From Spirochaetia bacterium (GTDB taxonomy: Bacteria > Spirochaetota > Spirochaetia > CAKZLE01): DNA of 64,000 nt. The notes below the pieces were generated by a model. It was not told the DNA's origin and ran no database searches. It saw only the letters and a list, made by a program, of their open reading frames with translations. The translations under genes and the position numbers were made by a program. The stretch is from assembly GCA_963677595.1 (NCBI GenBank), contig OY782041.1, positions 1,056,001 through 1,120,000 on the forward strand. The letters are read 5' to 3'. Each line of letters starts with the position of its first letter. Position 1 is the first letter of the stretch. Positions 1-10,747 of the stretch are shown in pieces.

Positions 1-80
1 AAGAAGGCCTTGATGATGACCTCCGGCCCGATACCGGCCGGGTCACCCATGGAAATCCCAATAATCGGCTTACTAGCCAT
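1..80 (-). CDS. pdxA: 4-hydroxythreonine-4-phosphate / D-threonate-4-phosphate dehydrogenase (PdxA family), 5' part only; runs off the window
   Basis: Manual translation of the minus strand from ATG at 80 gives MASKPIIGISMGDPAGIGPEVIIKAF, the canonical PdxA N-terminus (MGDPAGIGPE). Not in the ORF track. Confidence 0.85.
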   Translation of the reverse strand, partial: MASKPIIGISMGDPAGIGPEVIIKAF

Positions 81-1248
81 CCTGTTCCTCCAGCAGTCCC
101 TCGTAGATAGACTGTATGACCTCTTCGCTCAGTTCGACCGGGTTGTTATCCATGAGCCTTCTGTTCGCATAGGCATTCTCTGCCAGTCTGGAGGCATCTT
201 CAGGACGTACCCCGAAAGATGCAAGAGAACTCGTGATCTCCAGCTGGCCAAGCAGTTCATGCAGCTGTTGGGCCACATAATCCTTGCACGACAGCTCTGT
301 CTGCCGTTCATCGTAGCCGAAGATGATCGCGACCTTTCGCGTCTTCTCCGGGAAGGCTGCAAGGTTATACTCCATGACAGCCGGCAGCAGCATGGCATTC
401 GACTGGCCATGGGGAATATGGAACATCGTCCCAAGGGGGTAGGACATCGCATGGACCGCATTCGTCCCGGAGAGGGTGATGCAGCTCCCTGCATAGTTCG
501 CCGCGAGCAGCATGTTCCACCGGGCCTCGATGTTCTTCGGGTCCACGTAGCTGGTATAGAGCGAGTCGGCGATGAGCTTCATCGATGCTACAGCATACAT
601 GTCACTCAGGATGTTCGCCTTCTTCGAAAGATAGCACTCCATCGCATGGCATAGGGCATCCATACCGGTGGTTGCCGTTATCCCCTTGGGCATGGAGACG
701 GTCAATACCGGGTCCAGCAGCACGATATCGGGGAGGAGCTTATGGTTCACTACCGCAGCCTTCGTACCCCGATCCGGGATGGCGATGATAGCATTCTTCG
801 TTGCCTCGGATCCCGTCCCTGAGGTTGTAGGTATCAGGACCGTCGTCATGCTGTGGTCAGGTACCGGTGCACCATCGAGGAGATCAAGGACCGTCGCATC
901 CACTGGGACCAGGACGGCGCACAATTTGCCGATGTCAAGGACCGAGCCACCGCCGATGGCGATCACGCAATCGGGGGCATATGCTTTCGCTGCAGCCATC
1001 ACGTCATCCACATCGCCGACTCCCGGTTCCCTGGCAACAGAATCATAGACCTGGCAGGACAACCCGGCTTCCGACAGAATCCCGGTCAGCCGATCAAGCA
1101 GCCCGGTAGACGCTATGCCTTTATCAGTCAGGCAGAAGACTTTCTCCTTGCCCATCTCACTCAACAGGCTGCCTACATCCTGCAGGCATCCGGCACCGGA
1201 TATGATCCTTGGAGCTGATACAAACTCATATGACGCTTTCACACACAT
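73..1248 (-). CDS. Iron-containing alcohol dehydrogenase
   Basis: AIGGGSVLD, PTTSGTGSE, GMDALCHAME, HAMSY...HG motifs. Confidence 0.92.
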   Translation of the reverse strand: MCVKASYEFVSAPRIISGAGCLQDVGSLLSEMGKEKVFCLTDKGIASTGLLDRLTGILSEAGLSCQVYDSVAREPGVGDVDDVMAAAKAYAPDCVIAIGGGSVLDIGKLCAVLVPVDATVLDLLDGAPVPDHSMTTVLIPTTSGTGSEATKNAIIAIPDRGTKAAVVNHKLLPDIVLLDPVLTVSMPKGITATTGMDALCHAMECYLSKKANILSDMYAVASMKLIADSLYTSYVDPKNIEARWNMLLAANYAGSCITLSGTNAVHAMSYPLGTMFHIPHGQSNAMLLPAVMEYNLAAFPEKTRKVAIIFGYDERQTELSCKDYVAQQLHELLGQLEITSSLASFGVRPEDASRLAENAYANRRLMDNNPVELSEEVIQSIYEGLLEEQDG

Positions 1249-2520
1249 TCTCCTTATCGTTCATCAGGTAATCCAATACGTTCTTCAATGCATCAGGATC
1301 CCCATAGGACCCTGCCTTGGTGATGCAGATGAAGTCTTCACCCTTCCGATGCGGGTATGCAGCTGTAGCTGCAGGGATCCCGGGAAGTACTTCATCAGCC
1401 AAAGCCAGCTGCCCGATGTTCAGCTGCTTGAGAATCCGCATGGCGGTATCACCGCCGGTCATCACGAGGGCATGGAGGGTAACCTGCCGCATCACCGCAT
1501 CAACTACATACCCCAGGGCTGTTCCGATCATTGCCGCCTCGGAAGCCATATCATCTCCCAACTGGAGTCCCTCGGTCTTCAGGAGAACAGCATGAGCCCC
1601 CCTGTACGCATGTACGATAGTACCGACCAGGACGTCAAGGGCTTCCGTGTCTGCATTGACTGCTGTCTCAGTCGGAAGGGTAACCTCAACGGTGTTCTCA
1701 TCTTCCTCGAGAGCCTGGACCTGGAGCTTCGTGACTCCCATGAGGCTTCCCACCACGAAGAGGAACCGGTCATGCATTTCTACAGTATTTCTCGTTGTTT
1801 CTATCTGATTCTTCCGGATCAGCTGGTCACGAGCATGGAACAAGCCTGCCGCACCCACGAAGAGCGTCTTCTCCTCGATGGCACCGAAGACCTCCAGCGT
1901 CCTCTGCAGGTCCGCTACAGACTCTGCGTCCGGTATGAAGACCTGAAACCCAGCAGTCGTCTTCTGCTGAATGTACCGCTGGATATGCTCGACCGGCTGG
2001 TATAACGTCTCAAGCGGAAGCAGGCAAGCCTTCCGGCTTGACTGAGTGCCCACGATCTCCCTGATATCACCGAACAGGACCGGAGCGAGCGGGTCATGTG
2101 CGATCTCGGTCTCATTGAGGGCGATCCCGTTGATATAGCATACACCGTCGACTACCGTCCTCCCATTCCTGGGGGTCGCTGGGGCAAGACAGGCGATCGT
2201 CGCCCCACTGGCATCCATCGCGGCATCGATCTCAGCCCCGATATTCCCCCTCAGGGTGGAATCGACCTTCTTGAAGATATGTCTCGGCTTATAGTGTTCA
2301 TATCGACCGATGATAGCACGGATCCTGCTGTACGCATCTGCGGGATCAGCATGTCTTGTATCCGTATTGATCACCAGCGTCTTCGGCAATGGCTTGATTA
2401 TTCCTCAGATACGGCATCTACAAGCACAGAGACATCAGAAGCCTGCGAAAGGAAGTGTATCCCGGTATCATTCGCTCCTGTGAGATCATCTGCCAGTATT
2501 AGGTTCTCCAATCTTTCCAT
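1226..2520 (-). pseudogene. Four-carbon acid sugar kinase (DUF1537/YgbK family), split by a 1-nt frameshift near 2400
   Basis: 2398..2520 encodes [20 protein letters not shown] (family N-terminal motif) then TAA. 1226..2389 has FKKVDSTLRGNIGAE, TGGDTA and ITKAGSYG in another frame. Confidence 0.8.
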
Positions 2521-2531
2521 GGCCTCTATAA

Positions 2532-2547
2532 AGCAAGCACCATGCCA
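2532..2547 (-). promoter_or_regulatory. sigma54 (-24/-12) promoter of the kinase-ADH-pdxA operon
   Basis: Minus strand TGGCATGGTGCTTGCT = GG-N10-GC, next to a divergent sigma54 activator gene. Confidence 0.7.
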
Positions 2548-2721
2548 AAATCTGGATCTCATAACGAATTCTTGATAATTCTTTTATTGTTAACACATTA
2601 CTCTCATTTGTCATATGCCGGTTACTCCCATCACATACAAGAAGTGGTAAATATTTCACCGGCAGAATATTTTACTGGTGAATTTTTCCACAATATGACA
2701 GATGCATGCTATACTCTTCTC

Positions 2722-4629
2722 ATGAACATTCTACTCATTGCCCCATACCAGAATCTCATCACGGCTGCCAGCACCGTGACAGCGACCTACCCCTATGAGG
2801 TGAAGATCGCATTAGGGAACCTTGCGACCGGCCTCGAGGCAGCCCAGCAGGCTATAGAGACCTCTCATCCTGATATCATCATCAGCAGGGGCGGTACGGC
2901 CACACTGCTCAAGCAGAACCTCGATATCCCCGTCTTCGAGATCGAGGTCTCTGCCTATGACCTGCTGCGGGCTATCCATACACATCTCAGCCAGGAAAAG
3001 AGGATCGCGGTCATCGGCTATGAGAATGTCATCACCGGTGCAAAGAGCATCGCCCAGATCATGGGCATCGACCTGGGATTCTTCCCCGTCACCCCCTTCT
3101 CGAATATCAGGGAGGTCGTGACTGAAGCCCAGAAATGGGGTGCCGATGTCATCGTGGGTGATACCATCTCGGTCAACACAGCCAAGAGAAAGCATATCGA
3201 GACCGAGCTCATCCAGTCAGGCCCGGAGGCTATACAGTACTCCCTCGATTCAGCCGTGCAGTTCTACCAGCATATGCAGGAGGAGATCCTGCGGGTCAAG
3301 AGGTTGAATTCCATCATGGAACATACAGAATGGGGCATGCTCTACATAGACCCCAAGGGGTCGATCAATATGGTCAACTCGAAGGCTGAGCATATCCTGG
3401 ACATCCCGCGGAAACGGCTGGTTGGGGAAGATGTTACCAGCTCCCTCCTGCCCAAGTCCCTGTTTTCCTGTTATAAAGCCAGGACAGGGAACAAGGTCAT
3501 CCAGATACAGAGCCGTGACTACATCGTCGAATGCTCAGCGATCCATGCCGGCGAGTCAGAGCCTGCGACACTGATCTACCTGCAGAGTGTCGGGCATATC
3601 AGGAATCTTGAAGGCATCATCAGGAAACAGATGATCAACCGGGGCTTGATAGCTTCCCATACCTTCGATTCCGTCATTGCCTTCAACGGGGAGTTCAAGA
3701 AACTCATCGAGAAGGCAAGACGGTACAGTGAGACTGATTCCACGATGCTCCTGCTCGGGGAGACGGGTGCCGGTAAGGAGATCTTCGCACAGAGCGTACA
3801 CAACAACTCCCCCCGCAGGAGCGGCCCCTTCGTCGCCGTCAACTGTGCCGCCCTGCCCGACACCTTACTTGAGAGCGAGCTGTTCGGGTATGTGGAAGGC
3901 GCCTTCACCGGGGCGAAGAAGGGAGGGAAGACCGGGCTCTTCGAGCTGGCCCACCGGGGAACCATCTTCCTCGATGAGGTGAATGACATGAGCCCTGTGG
4001 TCCAGGCACGGTTCCTGCGAGTCCTCCAGGAGAAACAGGTGATGCGGCTCGGCGATGACAAGATCTATGATATCGACGTGAGGGTGATCGCCGCCTGCAA
4101 CAAGGACCTCTTCGAGGAGACCGAGCAGGGACGATTCCGCAAGGACCTCTATTACCGGTTGAAGATCCTCGATGTCCACATCCCTCCCCTGCGGGACCGC
4201 ACAGAGGACATCGTCCCGTTGTTCACCACCTTCCTTGATTCCTTCACCAAGACCTACAGTTACCCCAAGGAACCGGTACCCGAACGACTGCTGGAAGCCT
4301 TGAGGACCTACTCCTGGCCGGGGAATGTCAGGCAACTGAAGAACTTCGCAGAGAAGGTCAGTGTCCTCTTCACCTTCTCCGCGAACAGGACAGAGATCGT
4401 ACAGGACCTGATCGAGGAACTGAGTGACCTGAAAAAGCATAATCCTGGTAACGGGGCAGGTAAAGACATACAGCAGAATTCAGCGAAGACCCTCAAGGAG
4501 ATCGAAGCTCAGATCATGTGTGACTGCTGGAAGAAGCATGACAGGAACATCTCCAAAGCCGCCAAGGAGCTCGGTATCGACCGGGTCACGCTGCGGAACC
4601 GGCTGAAGGAGTTCGATCTGTATCAATAG
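2722..4629 (+). CDS. sigma54-dependent transcriptional activator, PrpR type (PrpR_N, PAS-like, AAA+, Fis HTH)
   Basis: [43 protein letters not shown]-terminal [12 protein letters not shown]. Start refined from 2542 to 2722. Confidence 0.92.
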   Translation: MNILLIAPYQNLITAASTVTATYPYEVKIALGNLATGLEAAQQAIETSHPDIIISRGGTATLLKQNLDIPVFEIEVSAYDLLRAIHTHLSQEKRIAVIGYENVITGAKSIAQIMGIDLGFFPVTPFSNIREVVTEAQKWGADVIVGDTISVNTAKRKHIETELIQSGPEAIQYSLDSAVQFYQHMQEEILRVKRLNSIMEHTEWGMLYIDPKGSINMVNSKAEHILDIPRKRLVGEDVTSSLLPKSLFSCYKARTGNKVIQIQSRDYIVECSAIHAGESEPATLIYLQSVGHIRNLEGIIRKQMINRGLIASHTFDSVIAFNGEFKKLIEKARRYSETDSTMLLLGETGAGKEIFAQSVHNNSPRRSGPFVAVNCAALPDTLLESELFGYVEGAFTGAKKGGKTGLFELAHRGTIFLDEVNDMSPVVQARFLRVLQEKQVMRLGDDKIYDIDVRVIAACNKDLFEETEQGRFRKDLYYRLKILDVHIPPLRDRTEDIVPLFTTFLDSFTKTYSYPKEPVPERLLEALRTYSWPGNVRQLKNFAEKVSVLFTFSANRTEIVQDLIEELSDLKKHNPGNGAGKDIQQNSAKTLKEIEAQIMCDCWKKHDRNISKAAKELGIDRVTLRNRLKEFDLYQ

Positions 4630-5066
4630 AGCGACTTCACCTCTTCCAGGATGAAGGAGCTCCTTGTAGCGCTTACCCCCTCTATGCCCAGGACATCCCT
4701 GAGGACTGCCTGGGAGTAGTGCTGCATGTCCTTCGCGACGATCTCCAGCATGATATCGGCCTCGCCGGTGACGGCAAAGACGCTGACTACCCCGTCTATG
4801 CGTGCGAGTCTCTCTGCCAGCTCCTTCCAGCCGACCTTCGAGTCCCGTACGATGCCGCAGTAGGCCCGGACGGTCAATCCCAGCCGTGCACGGTCCGTGA
4901 GGGCACGGTAGCCGGTGATGACCCCGTCACGCTCCAGCCTCGCGATACGCCTTGAGCAGCTGGAATGGGAGAGGTTCACCATCCCCGCGACCTCCATGTT
5001 CGTCAGCCTCCCGTTCTCCTGGAGGGCTGCTATGATCTTCCTGTCGAACTCATCAAGCCCAGCCAT
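4623..5066 (-). CDS. Lrp/AsnC family transcriptional regulator
   Basis: [17 protein letters not shown]...[24 protein letters not shown]. Confidence 0.92.
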   Translation of the reverse strand: MAGLDEFDRKIIAALQENGRLTNMEVAGMVNLSHSSCSRRIARLERDGVITGYRALTDRARLGLTVRAYCGIVRDSKVGWKELAERLARIDGVVSVFAVTGEADIMLEIVAKDMQHYSQAVLRDVLGIEGVSATRSSFILEEVKSLY

Positions 5067-5228
5067 ATGCACATCCTTTGCATTCAGCAGGTATCTGACC
5101 TGTTGTTTTGCTATATCTTATCATATTAATTATACCTATGCATATTCTTTGCTTTATCACTGTTTATTTCGTACATATCTTGCGTCAACCATATACTATT
5201 CCCTACAATGCAAGAGGAGGAAGTTCCT

Positions 5229-5855
5229 ATGACCCCATTCATCCTGTTCCTGGTCTCATCGCTGTTGGTCATCATCGCACCGGGACCCGACATGATCTAT
5301 ACCGCGAGCCGCGGCATCATGTACGGACGATACTATGGGGCCGTCTCAGCCCTCGGGGTCTCTACCGGCCTGCTGATGCACTCCACGGTCGCTGCCCTGG
5401 GACTGGCACTGGTCCTGCGGAACATCCCGGGACTCTTCACCGGCATCACCCTCATCGGCGGGGGCTACCTCATCTATCTCGGGTTCCAGACGATCAGGAG
5501 CAGAGAGGACCTTAGCCTGGAGGCAGGAGGGGAAACTGCCCGTCTCATAGACTGCTACCGCCAGGGGTTCATCTCAAACTCCCTCAACCCCAAGATCGTC
5601 ATCTTCTTCCTCGCCTTCCTCCCCCAGTTCGTAACCAGGGATGGTATGCATGCAAACCTTCAACTCTTCGTCCTGGGACTCATATTCACCCTAATCACCG
5701 CGGCACTCTACGCCGCACTCGGGGTATTTGCCGGTACGGTAAGCCTGTATGTGAAGAGGAACCCTGCGGTGATCAGGATCATAACCCTCTGCTCAGGGCT
5801 GATCCTCATTGGGTTGGGAGGCTATATGGTAGTGCACGGGATATTCCTACAGTGA
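5229..5855 (+). CDS. LysE/RhtB family amino-acid exporter
   Basis: IAPGPDMIY, NSLNPKIVIFFLAFLPQF; hydrophobic; divergent from Lrp regulator; GAGGAGG RBS. Confidence 0.9.
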   Translation: MTPFILFLVSSLLVIIAPGPDMIYTASRGIMYGRYYGAVSALGVSTGLLMHSTVAALGLALVLRNIPGLFTGITLIGGGYLIYLGFQTIRSREDLSLEAGGETARLIDCYRQGFISNSLNPKIVIFFLAFLPQFVTRDGMHANLQLFVLGLIFTLITAALYAALGVFAGTVSLYVKRNPAVIRIITLCSGLILIGLGGYMVVHGIFLQ

Positions 5856-7022
5856 ATCCAGCAGTGACACCTTCCTAAGGTCATCGATGAGGAGTTTCTG
5901 CTTCGCAGGGAATGCATCAAACAGGGTCTTCTGTTTATGGTTCATCGTTGAGAAGTACTTTGACTCGATGAGGATACCGTCCCCTGTCAGGAAGTCGATC
6001 TCATTACCCCCCTCATAGAGGTAGTACACATCCTTCCTGGCTTTGAGCTTCAGGTAGATATAGTTCTCGAAGTAGCTCCCCAGGTCCCGTTCCCCGTTGA
6101 ACAGGTACTTGATGCCAAGGTCGCAGGCATAGAGCTTCTTCGGGGAGATGCGCTTCTCATTCGTCTTCCCCCATCGCTGTACCGTATGGACCAGGTAGGT
6201 CGACTCGAAGTAGGCAAGATACCTTCTTGCCGTGTCAGGGGAGATCCCCAGTATGTTGGCCACTTTGTTGATGCTTACCTGCTTGTCGCTCCGTTCCATC
6301 AGGAGCACGAAGAAATCCCTCAACAGCTGATGGTTCTTCAGCCCGTGATACGCCGTGATATCTTTCTGGATGATATCATCGACTAAGGAGTTCAGGTATT
6401 CCCTGCTTGGATGGAGAACATGCTCAGGTAAGCCGCCGTATCGGAGATACTCCCTGAAGTACGGCTCATTGAGCTGACCGTCCCGCTGCTTGACGGTGAT
6501 GTTCCGAAACTGCTTGAACTCCTCGAAATCGAGGGGCTCAACCTCCACCACTAAGGAGCGCCCGGTGAGATATGCCTTCCGGTCCAACAGCAGGGAACTC
6601 GATGAGGATGAGGCGAATATCTTGACCGGGTACCGGTCATTGAGGTTCTTCAGCTGCTGATGGTACTCCGGCAGTGAGGAGATCTCATCGAGGAATAAGG
6701 TAAGTTCCCGGTCTACCGGGAACTGGTGGACCTTCCTGAACTGGGAGACGATCTCATCCAGGGAGAGTCCCCTGAGCAGGAAATCATCCAAGCTTATATA
6801 CAGGATTGCCTTCGCCTCTGTCCCGCTCCTGATCAGGTCCTGGATGACCAGCTTCATGAGGGTGGTCTTGCCGATCCGGCGCAGCCCCGTAAGGAAGGTG
6901 ATCGACCTGCTTGAGAGCTGCTCTTTCAATCGTTCCAGATAGGAATCACGGGAGATGATACCAGGTAATGAGAGATCCCTATCCTCCCACCAGGGGTTAT
7001 ACTGATAGAATAATCCTTCCAT
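5847..7022 (-). CDS. AAA_14/DUF4143-type ATP-binding protein (paralog A, GLRRIGKT subfamily)
   Basis: YNPWW, Walker A GLRRIGKT, Walker B LFLDE, SSSSS, LTGR, GGLPE, KLYACDLG, FENY, EIDF...IESK. Confidence 0.88.
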   Translation of the reverse strand: MEGLFYQYNPWWEDRDLSLPGIISRDSYLERLKEQLSSRSITFLTGLRRIGKTTLMKLVIQDLIRSGTEAKAILYISLDDFLLRGLSLDEIVSQFRKVHQFPVDRELTLFLDEISSLPEYHQQLKNLNDRYPVKIFASSSSSSLLLDRKAYLTGRSLVVEVEPLDFEEFKQFRNITVKQRDGQLNEPYFREYLRYGGLPEHVLHPSREYLNSLVDDIIQKDITAYHGLKNHQLLRDFFVLLMERSDKQVSINKVANILGISPDTARRYLAYFESTYLVHTVQRWGKTNEKRISPKKLYACDLGIKYLFNGERDLGSYFENYIYLKLKARKDVYYLYEGGNEIDFLTGDGILIESKYFSTMNHKQKTLFDAFPAKQKLLIDDLRKVSLLDSL

Positions 7023-7029
7023 GGCTTAA

Positions 7030-7116
7030 CTATACGATATCATCGTATAGTTTTCAATTTTTTTATACGATACCATCGTATACTTTTAGCCATTTCTATA
7101 CGATGTCATCGTATAG
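7030..7116. repeat. Three palindromes TATACGAT-N3-ATCGTATA at 33-bp period upstream of ATPase A
   Basis: Cores start at 7031, 7064 and 7097. Confidence 0.9.
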
Positions 7117-7117
7117 T

Positions 7118-7729
7118 CTATAACAGCACCTGCCTGATGAGCGAGAAGGCTATCACCCACATGATGATCCCGATCCCTATATCAAGCAGCTTCCAGGCTT
7201 TCGGGTTCCTGAAGACCGGGGCAAGCAGCCTGCCCCCGAGACTCAGGCTGAAGAACCAGATGAAGGAGGCAGTGATCGCTCCCAGACCGAACCAGAGGCG
7301 TGCTGCCTCCTCATACTGTACGCTGATGCTCCCGATGAGGACCATGGTATCGAGGTAGACATGGGGATTGAGCAGGGAGACTGCCAGAGTGAAGAGGACT
7401 GCCGCCCTCAGGTCCTTAGGACCGCTGCGGTCCTCCTCCATGGTCTCCCTTGAGAGGCTCGCCCGGAAACTCCTGAAACCATACCAGAGGAGGAAGGCCG
7501 CCCCGCCGATGGAGGCTGCGTCTGTGAGGACCTCGCTCGATGAGAGCAATGCCCCTACCCCCAGCACACCGGCCGAGATGAGGACTGCGTCGATGATGCT
7601 GCAGATCAGCGGGATGATGAAGGTATGCTGCTTCCTTACTCCCTGCGATAACACGAAGGCATTCTGCGCCCCGATCGCGATGATCAGGCTAGCCCCCAAT
7701 GCCATCCCCTGTCCGTATACTGCTGTCAT
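7118..7729 (-). CDS. argO: ArgO/LysE amino-acid exporter
   Basis: LIIAIGAQNAFVLSQG, LLNPHVYLDT; divergent from an ArgP-like regulator. Confidence 0.85.
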   Translation of the reverse strand: MTAVYGQGMALGASLIIAIGAQNAFVLSQGVRKQHTFIIPLICSIIDAVLISAGVLGVGALLSSSEVLTDAASIGGAAFLLWYGFRSFRASLSRETMEEDRSGPKDLRAAVLFTLAVSLLNPHVYLDTMVLIGSISVQYEEAARLWFGLGAITASFIWFFSLSLGGRLLAPVFRNPKAWKLLDIGIGIIMWVIAFSLIRQVLL

Positions 7730-7821
7730 GCTGCCTCCTGTCAGGGATGACTATACACGAAAAGCTGGTAATCAGTACAATTAATTATTTACATATTACA
7801 TAAGTTCTACTAATATTACTC

Positions 7822-8706
7822 ATGATCGATTACAAATTATTAGAAGCCCTGGCCATGGTCGTGCAGGAGCAGGGGTTCGAGAAAGCCGCTGAGAAACTCT
7901 TCATCACGCAGTCGGCGGTATCGCAGAGGATTCGGTCGCTGGAAGACCAGGTCGGGTCCATCGTCATCACCCGTACCTCACCCCCGATCCCTACTGAGGT
8001 CGGGAAGCGGCTGGTCAGGCACTGCCGCCAGGTCATGCGGCTCGAGGAGGAGCTTGCGGAAGCTTCACCTGCCGAGGAGAACCCCCTCTTCACTACGGTA
8101 CCGGTCGGGGTGAACATGGACAGCCTCGAACTCTGGTTCCTGCCGGCAGTCAGGGACCTGCTCTTCGAGGAGCACATCCTCCTCGACATCCACATGGACG
8201 ACCAGGACCAGACGAGGGAGTTCCTCCGGGACGGTACCGTGTCGGGGACCATCAGCTCGAGCAGCCGGAGGCTGCAGGGTTGCAGCGTCCACAGGCTCGG
8301 GGTCATGGAATACCAGCTCATCTGCACCCCGGCCTTCCGGTCAAGGTGGTTCCCTGAAGGCTTCACCCGTGAAGCCGTACGGCAGGCCCCTGCCGTCATC
8401 TTCAACCGGTCCGATACCTTGCTCGACAGGCAGCTCGATGAGTATTATTCAGTTTCCGGGACAGCATACCAGGCCCATTACGTCCCCTCTACCGTCCAGT
8501 TCCTCTCCATGATCATCGAAGGCTTGGCCTACGGCATGACGCCGGTGATCCAGTGCCGGGATTTACTGGATGAAGGGATAGTCATCCCGCTGGTCGGGAA
8601 ACCCATGGCGGTGGACCTCTACTGGCACTGTTGGAATATCGCATCGGAGAGCCTGGCAGCAGTCACTGATGCCGTCATCCTCGGTGGGAAGCAGTACCTC
8701 TCCTGA
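7822..8706 (+). CDS. argP: LysR family regulator ArgP/LysG
   Basis: GFEKAAEKLFITQSAVSQRIRSLE, VNMDSLELWF, DDQDQT, LYWHCW. Confidence 0.88.
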   Translation: MIDYKLLEALAMVVQEQGFEKAAEKLFITQSAVSQRIRSLEDQVGSIVITRTSPPIPTEVGKRLVRHCRQVMRLEEELAEASPAEENPLFTTVPVGVNMDSLELWFLPAVRDLLFEEHILLDIHMDDQDQTREFLRDGTVSGTISSSSRRLQGCSVHRLGVMEYQLICTPAFRSRWFPEGFTREAVRQAPAVIFNRSDTLLDRQLDEYYSVSGTAYQAHYVPSTVQFLSMIIEGLAYGMTPVIQCRDLLDEGIVIPLVGKPMAVDLYWHCWNIASESLAAVTDAVILGGKQYLS

Positions 8707-9277
8707 TATCGATACTGATGAGGATGAGTCCAATGAAGAGGAACAGGACGGTGAGCCCGAGGAGCCACAGGATAGAACCAATAGCTCCCATCCCCGTGAT
8801 GTCGAAGAAGAAGTAGCGTGCCTCCCCGCGGATGAGCCATTCGATGATGCCTGCCAGGCAGTAGATCGCGGGATAGAGCACCACAGCTTTGAGGTCACCG
8901 ATCGAGAGTACCCCGCTTCTCTTAGAAAGCAGGAACCAAAGGAGGAAGAGTACCGTCGTGGACCCGTGGTTGATATACATCACCACGGTACTCAAGCCTG
9001 AGGCATCAGCGAACCAGCTCCGAAGGAAAAGCTGGAACACAAGGGCGGTCACGGTGATCGCCGCCGCCGCTGCGAGCTCCACCCTCCTGCTGAAGGGCCT
9101 GCCGAGCAGGGTCCTGATCACGATGATATCCACCAGTATGTTGGACTCGATGGTGAAGTAGCCGAGGAGGTTCACGATATAGAGCAGGCTCCCAGCCTCG
9201 ATGAACCGGTAGGCAAGCGCCGGGAGGGAGGTGGCGAGTATGAGTATCGAGACGGTGATCCTCAGGTTCCTTCTCAT
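8675..9277 (-). CDS. Integral membrane protein (Pr6Pr/FAR-17a-like)
   Basis: Six hydrophobic segments; YFTIESN, conserved His (INHG), RYFFFD. Confidence 0.65.
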   Translation of the reverse strand: MRRNLRITVSILILATSLPALAYRFIEAGSLLYIVNLLGYFTIESNILVDIIVIRTLLGRPFSRRVELAAAAAITVTALVFQLFLRSWFADASGLSTVVMYINHGSTTVLFLLWFLLSKRSGVLSIGDLKAVVLYPAIYCLAGIIEWLIRGEARYFFFDITGMGAIGSILWLLGLTVLFLFIGLILISIDIRRGTASHRG

Positions 9278-9322
9278 GAGATCAGTATAGACTGCGTGGC
9301 AGTATATGGCAATCTTCCCGTC

Positions 9323-10105
9323 TTAGGTGAACCACCTCACGGTATTGTAGATGCAGAGGATCATGATGATCGCCAGGACTCCCATGAAGAGCTTGTCCAC
9401 TGCCCGGTTCGTCATCCTGTGGGAGATGAACGAACCGGTCAGGCCGCCAGTGATCCCGCCGATGATCATGATGATCAGTGACGCCGGCTCGAACTCGGGC
9501 AGGTTTCCCGAGAGGATGGTGAACAGGAGGTTCGCGACCTGGGAGAAGAAGATGATGAAGATCGAGTTGAGGGCCGCTGTCTTGGAGTCCATGGAGAAGA
9601 AGAAGTAGAGGACTGCCAGGTTGATCGGGCCTCCGCCGATCCCGAGAAAGGAGGCGAAGCCTCCGAGCACCAGCCCGACGAAGATGCTGAAGAGCATGCT
9701 CTTATGGTGCTGGGGCTTGATCTGCTGCTTGAAGATGTAGAAGAGGAGGACCCCGAGGGTGATGATGAAGAGGAAGACAGACTGGGAGATCCCGATGACC
9801 TTGTCATTGCCGAACCCGCTCTTCACCAGGTCGAAGAGGTTCTTCCCGGCAAGCCCGCCGAGGATACCGCCAACTGCCATCATGGAGGTGTTCTTCACGT
9901 TGATGGAGACCGGGCTCTTCCTGCTCCGTATGAGGGAGACCGTCGCCATCGACAGTACCGTGGTGCTCGAGAGGAAGCTGATCGTGGATACCCCGAGACC
10001 GCTGACCACGTCCATGACCGGCTTGATGATGACACCGCCGCCGATGCCGCTGATCGCACCGATGATCGATGCACCGAAACTGATGATGAAGAAGACGAGA
10101 TACAT
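9323..10105 (-). CDS. TauE/SafE (sulfite exporter) family permease
   Basis: Duplicated GIGGG motifs (ISGIGGGVIIKP, FLGIGGGP); about eight TM segments. Confidence 0.85.
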   Translation of the reverse strand: MYLVFFIISFGASIIGAISGIGGGVIIKPVMDVVSGLGVSTISFLSSTTVLSMATVSLIRSRKSPVSINVKNTSMMAVGGILGGLAGKNLFDLVKSGFGNDKVIGISQSVFLFIITLGVLLFYIFKQQIKPQHHKSMLFSIFVGLVLGGFASFLGIGGGPINLAVLYFFFSMDSKTAALNSIFIIFFSQVANLLFTILSGNLPEFEPASLIIMIIGGITGGLTGSFISHRMTNRAVDKLFMGVLAIIMILCIYNTVRWFT

Positions 10106-10234
10106 GCTGGCAGACCCCCTCACGGTATGTTGGTTATTCTCCTGATTTCCCCTGATTATATAGAATTATACCCGCCGTGGAAACCGTGGGAGACAGGGTT
10201 GCCAGAAGTCTGCCTGCTGAAGTACAATCATCCC

Positions 10235-10747
10235 ATGATGATCAAGACCTGTACCCCTGACGACGCGGCTGTCCTTGCAGCCATCGGCAGAGAGACCTTC
10301 CATGCCACTTACCACCACCTCAACACACCGGAGGTCCTGGAGGACTACCTGAACCGGACCTACGATAGAGAGAAGATCAGGGACGGCCTCGCAGACCCGA
10401 ACTCAACCACGACCATTATCCTGGATGGGGGGATCCCCGCAGCCTTCCTAAAGGTGAACCTCCCGCCCTCCCAGACCGATTTCAACGAGGCGGATACACT
10501 GGAACTCCAGAGGATCTATGTGAGGGAGCCGTTCAAGGGCCGGGGCTACGGCAGGCTGCTTATCGACGAGGCGGTACAGACAGCTAAGCAGCACCGCTGC
10601 CGCTATATCTGGCTCAGCGTCTGGGAGAAGAACCCGGCAGCCGTCAGCTTCTATGGGAAGATGGGGTTCCACACCGCTGGTACCCGCCTCTTCGACATGG
10701 GGAAGGAACTACAGAGAGACCTCGTCCTCAGGTATGTTATACCATAG
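10235..10747 (+). CDS. GNAT N-acetyltransferase (PaiA-like)
   Basis: LELQRIYV...KGRGYGRLL, IWLSVWEKN..A..FY.KMGF. Only the C-terminal part of track ORF 9704..10747 is real. Confidence 0.88.
   Translation: MMIKTCTPDDAAVLAAIGRETFHATYHHLNTPEVLEDYLNRTYDREKIRDGLADPNSTTTIILDGGIPAAFLKVNLPPSQTDFNEADTLELQRIYVREPFKGRGYGRLLIDEAVQTAKQHRCRYIWLSVWEKNPAAVSFYGKMGFHTAGTRLFDMGKELQRDLVLRYVIP

Noticed and set aside
9704-10234. Acidic N-terminal extension on the GNAT (347-aa ORF)
   Set aside because: It is the antisense shadow of the TauE gene; the real GNAT starts near 10235.
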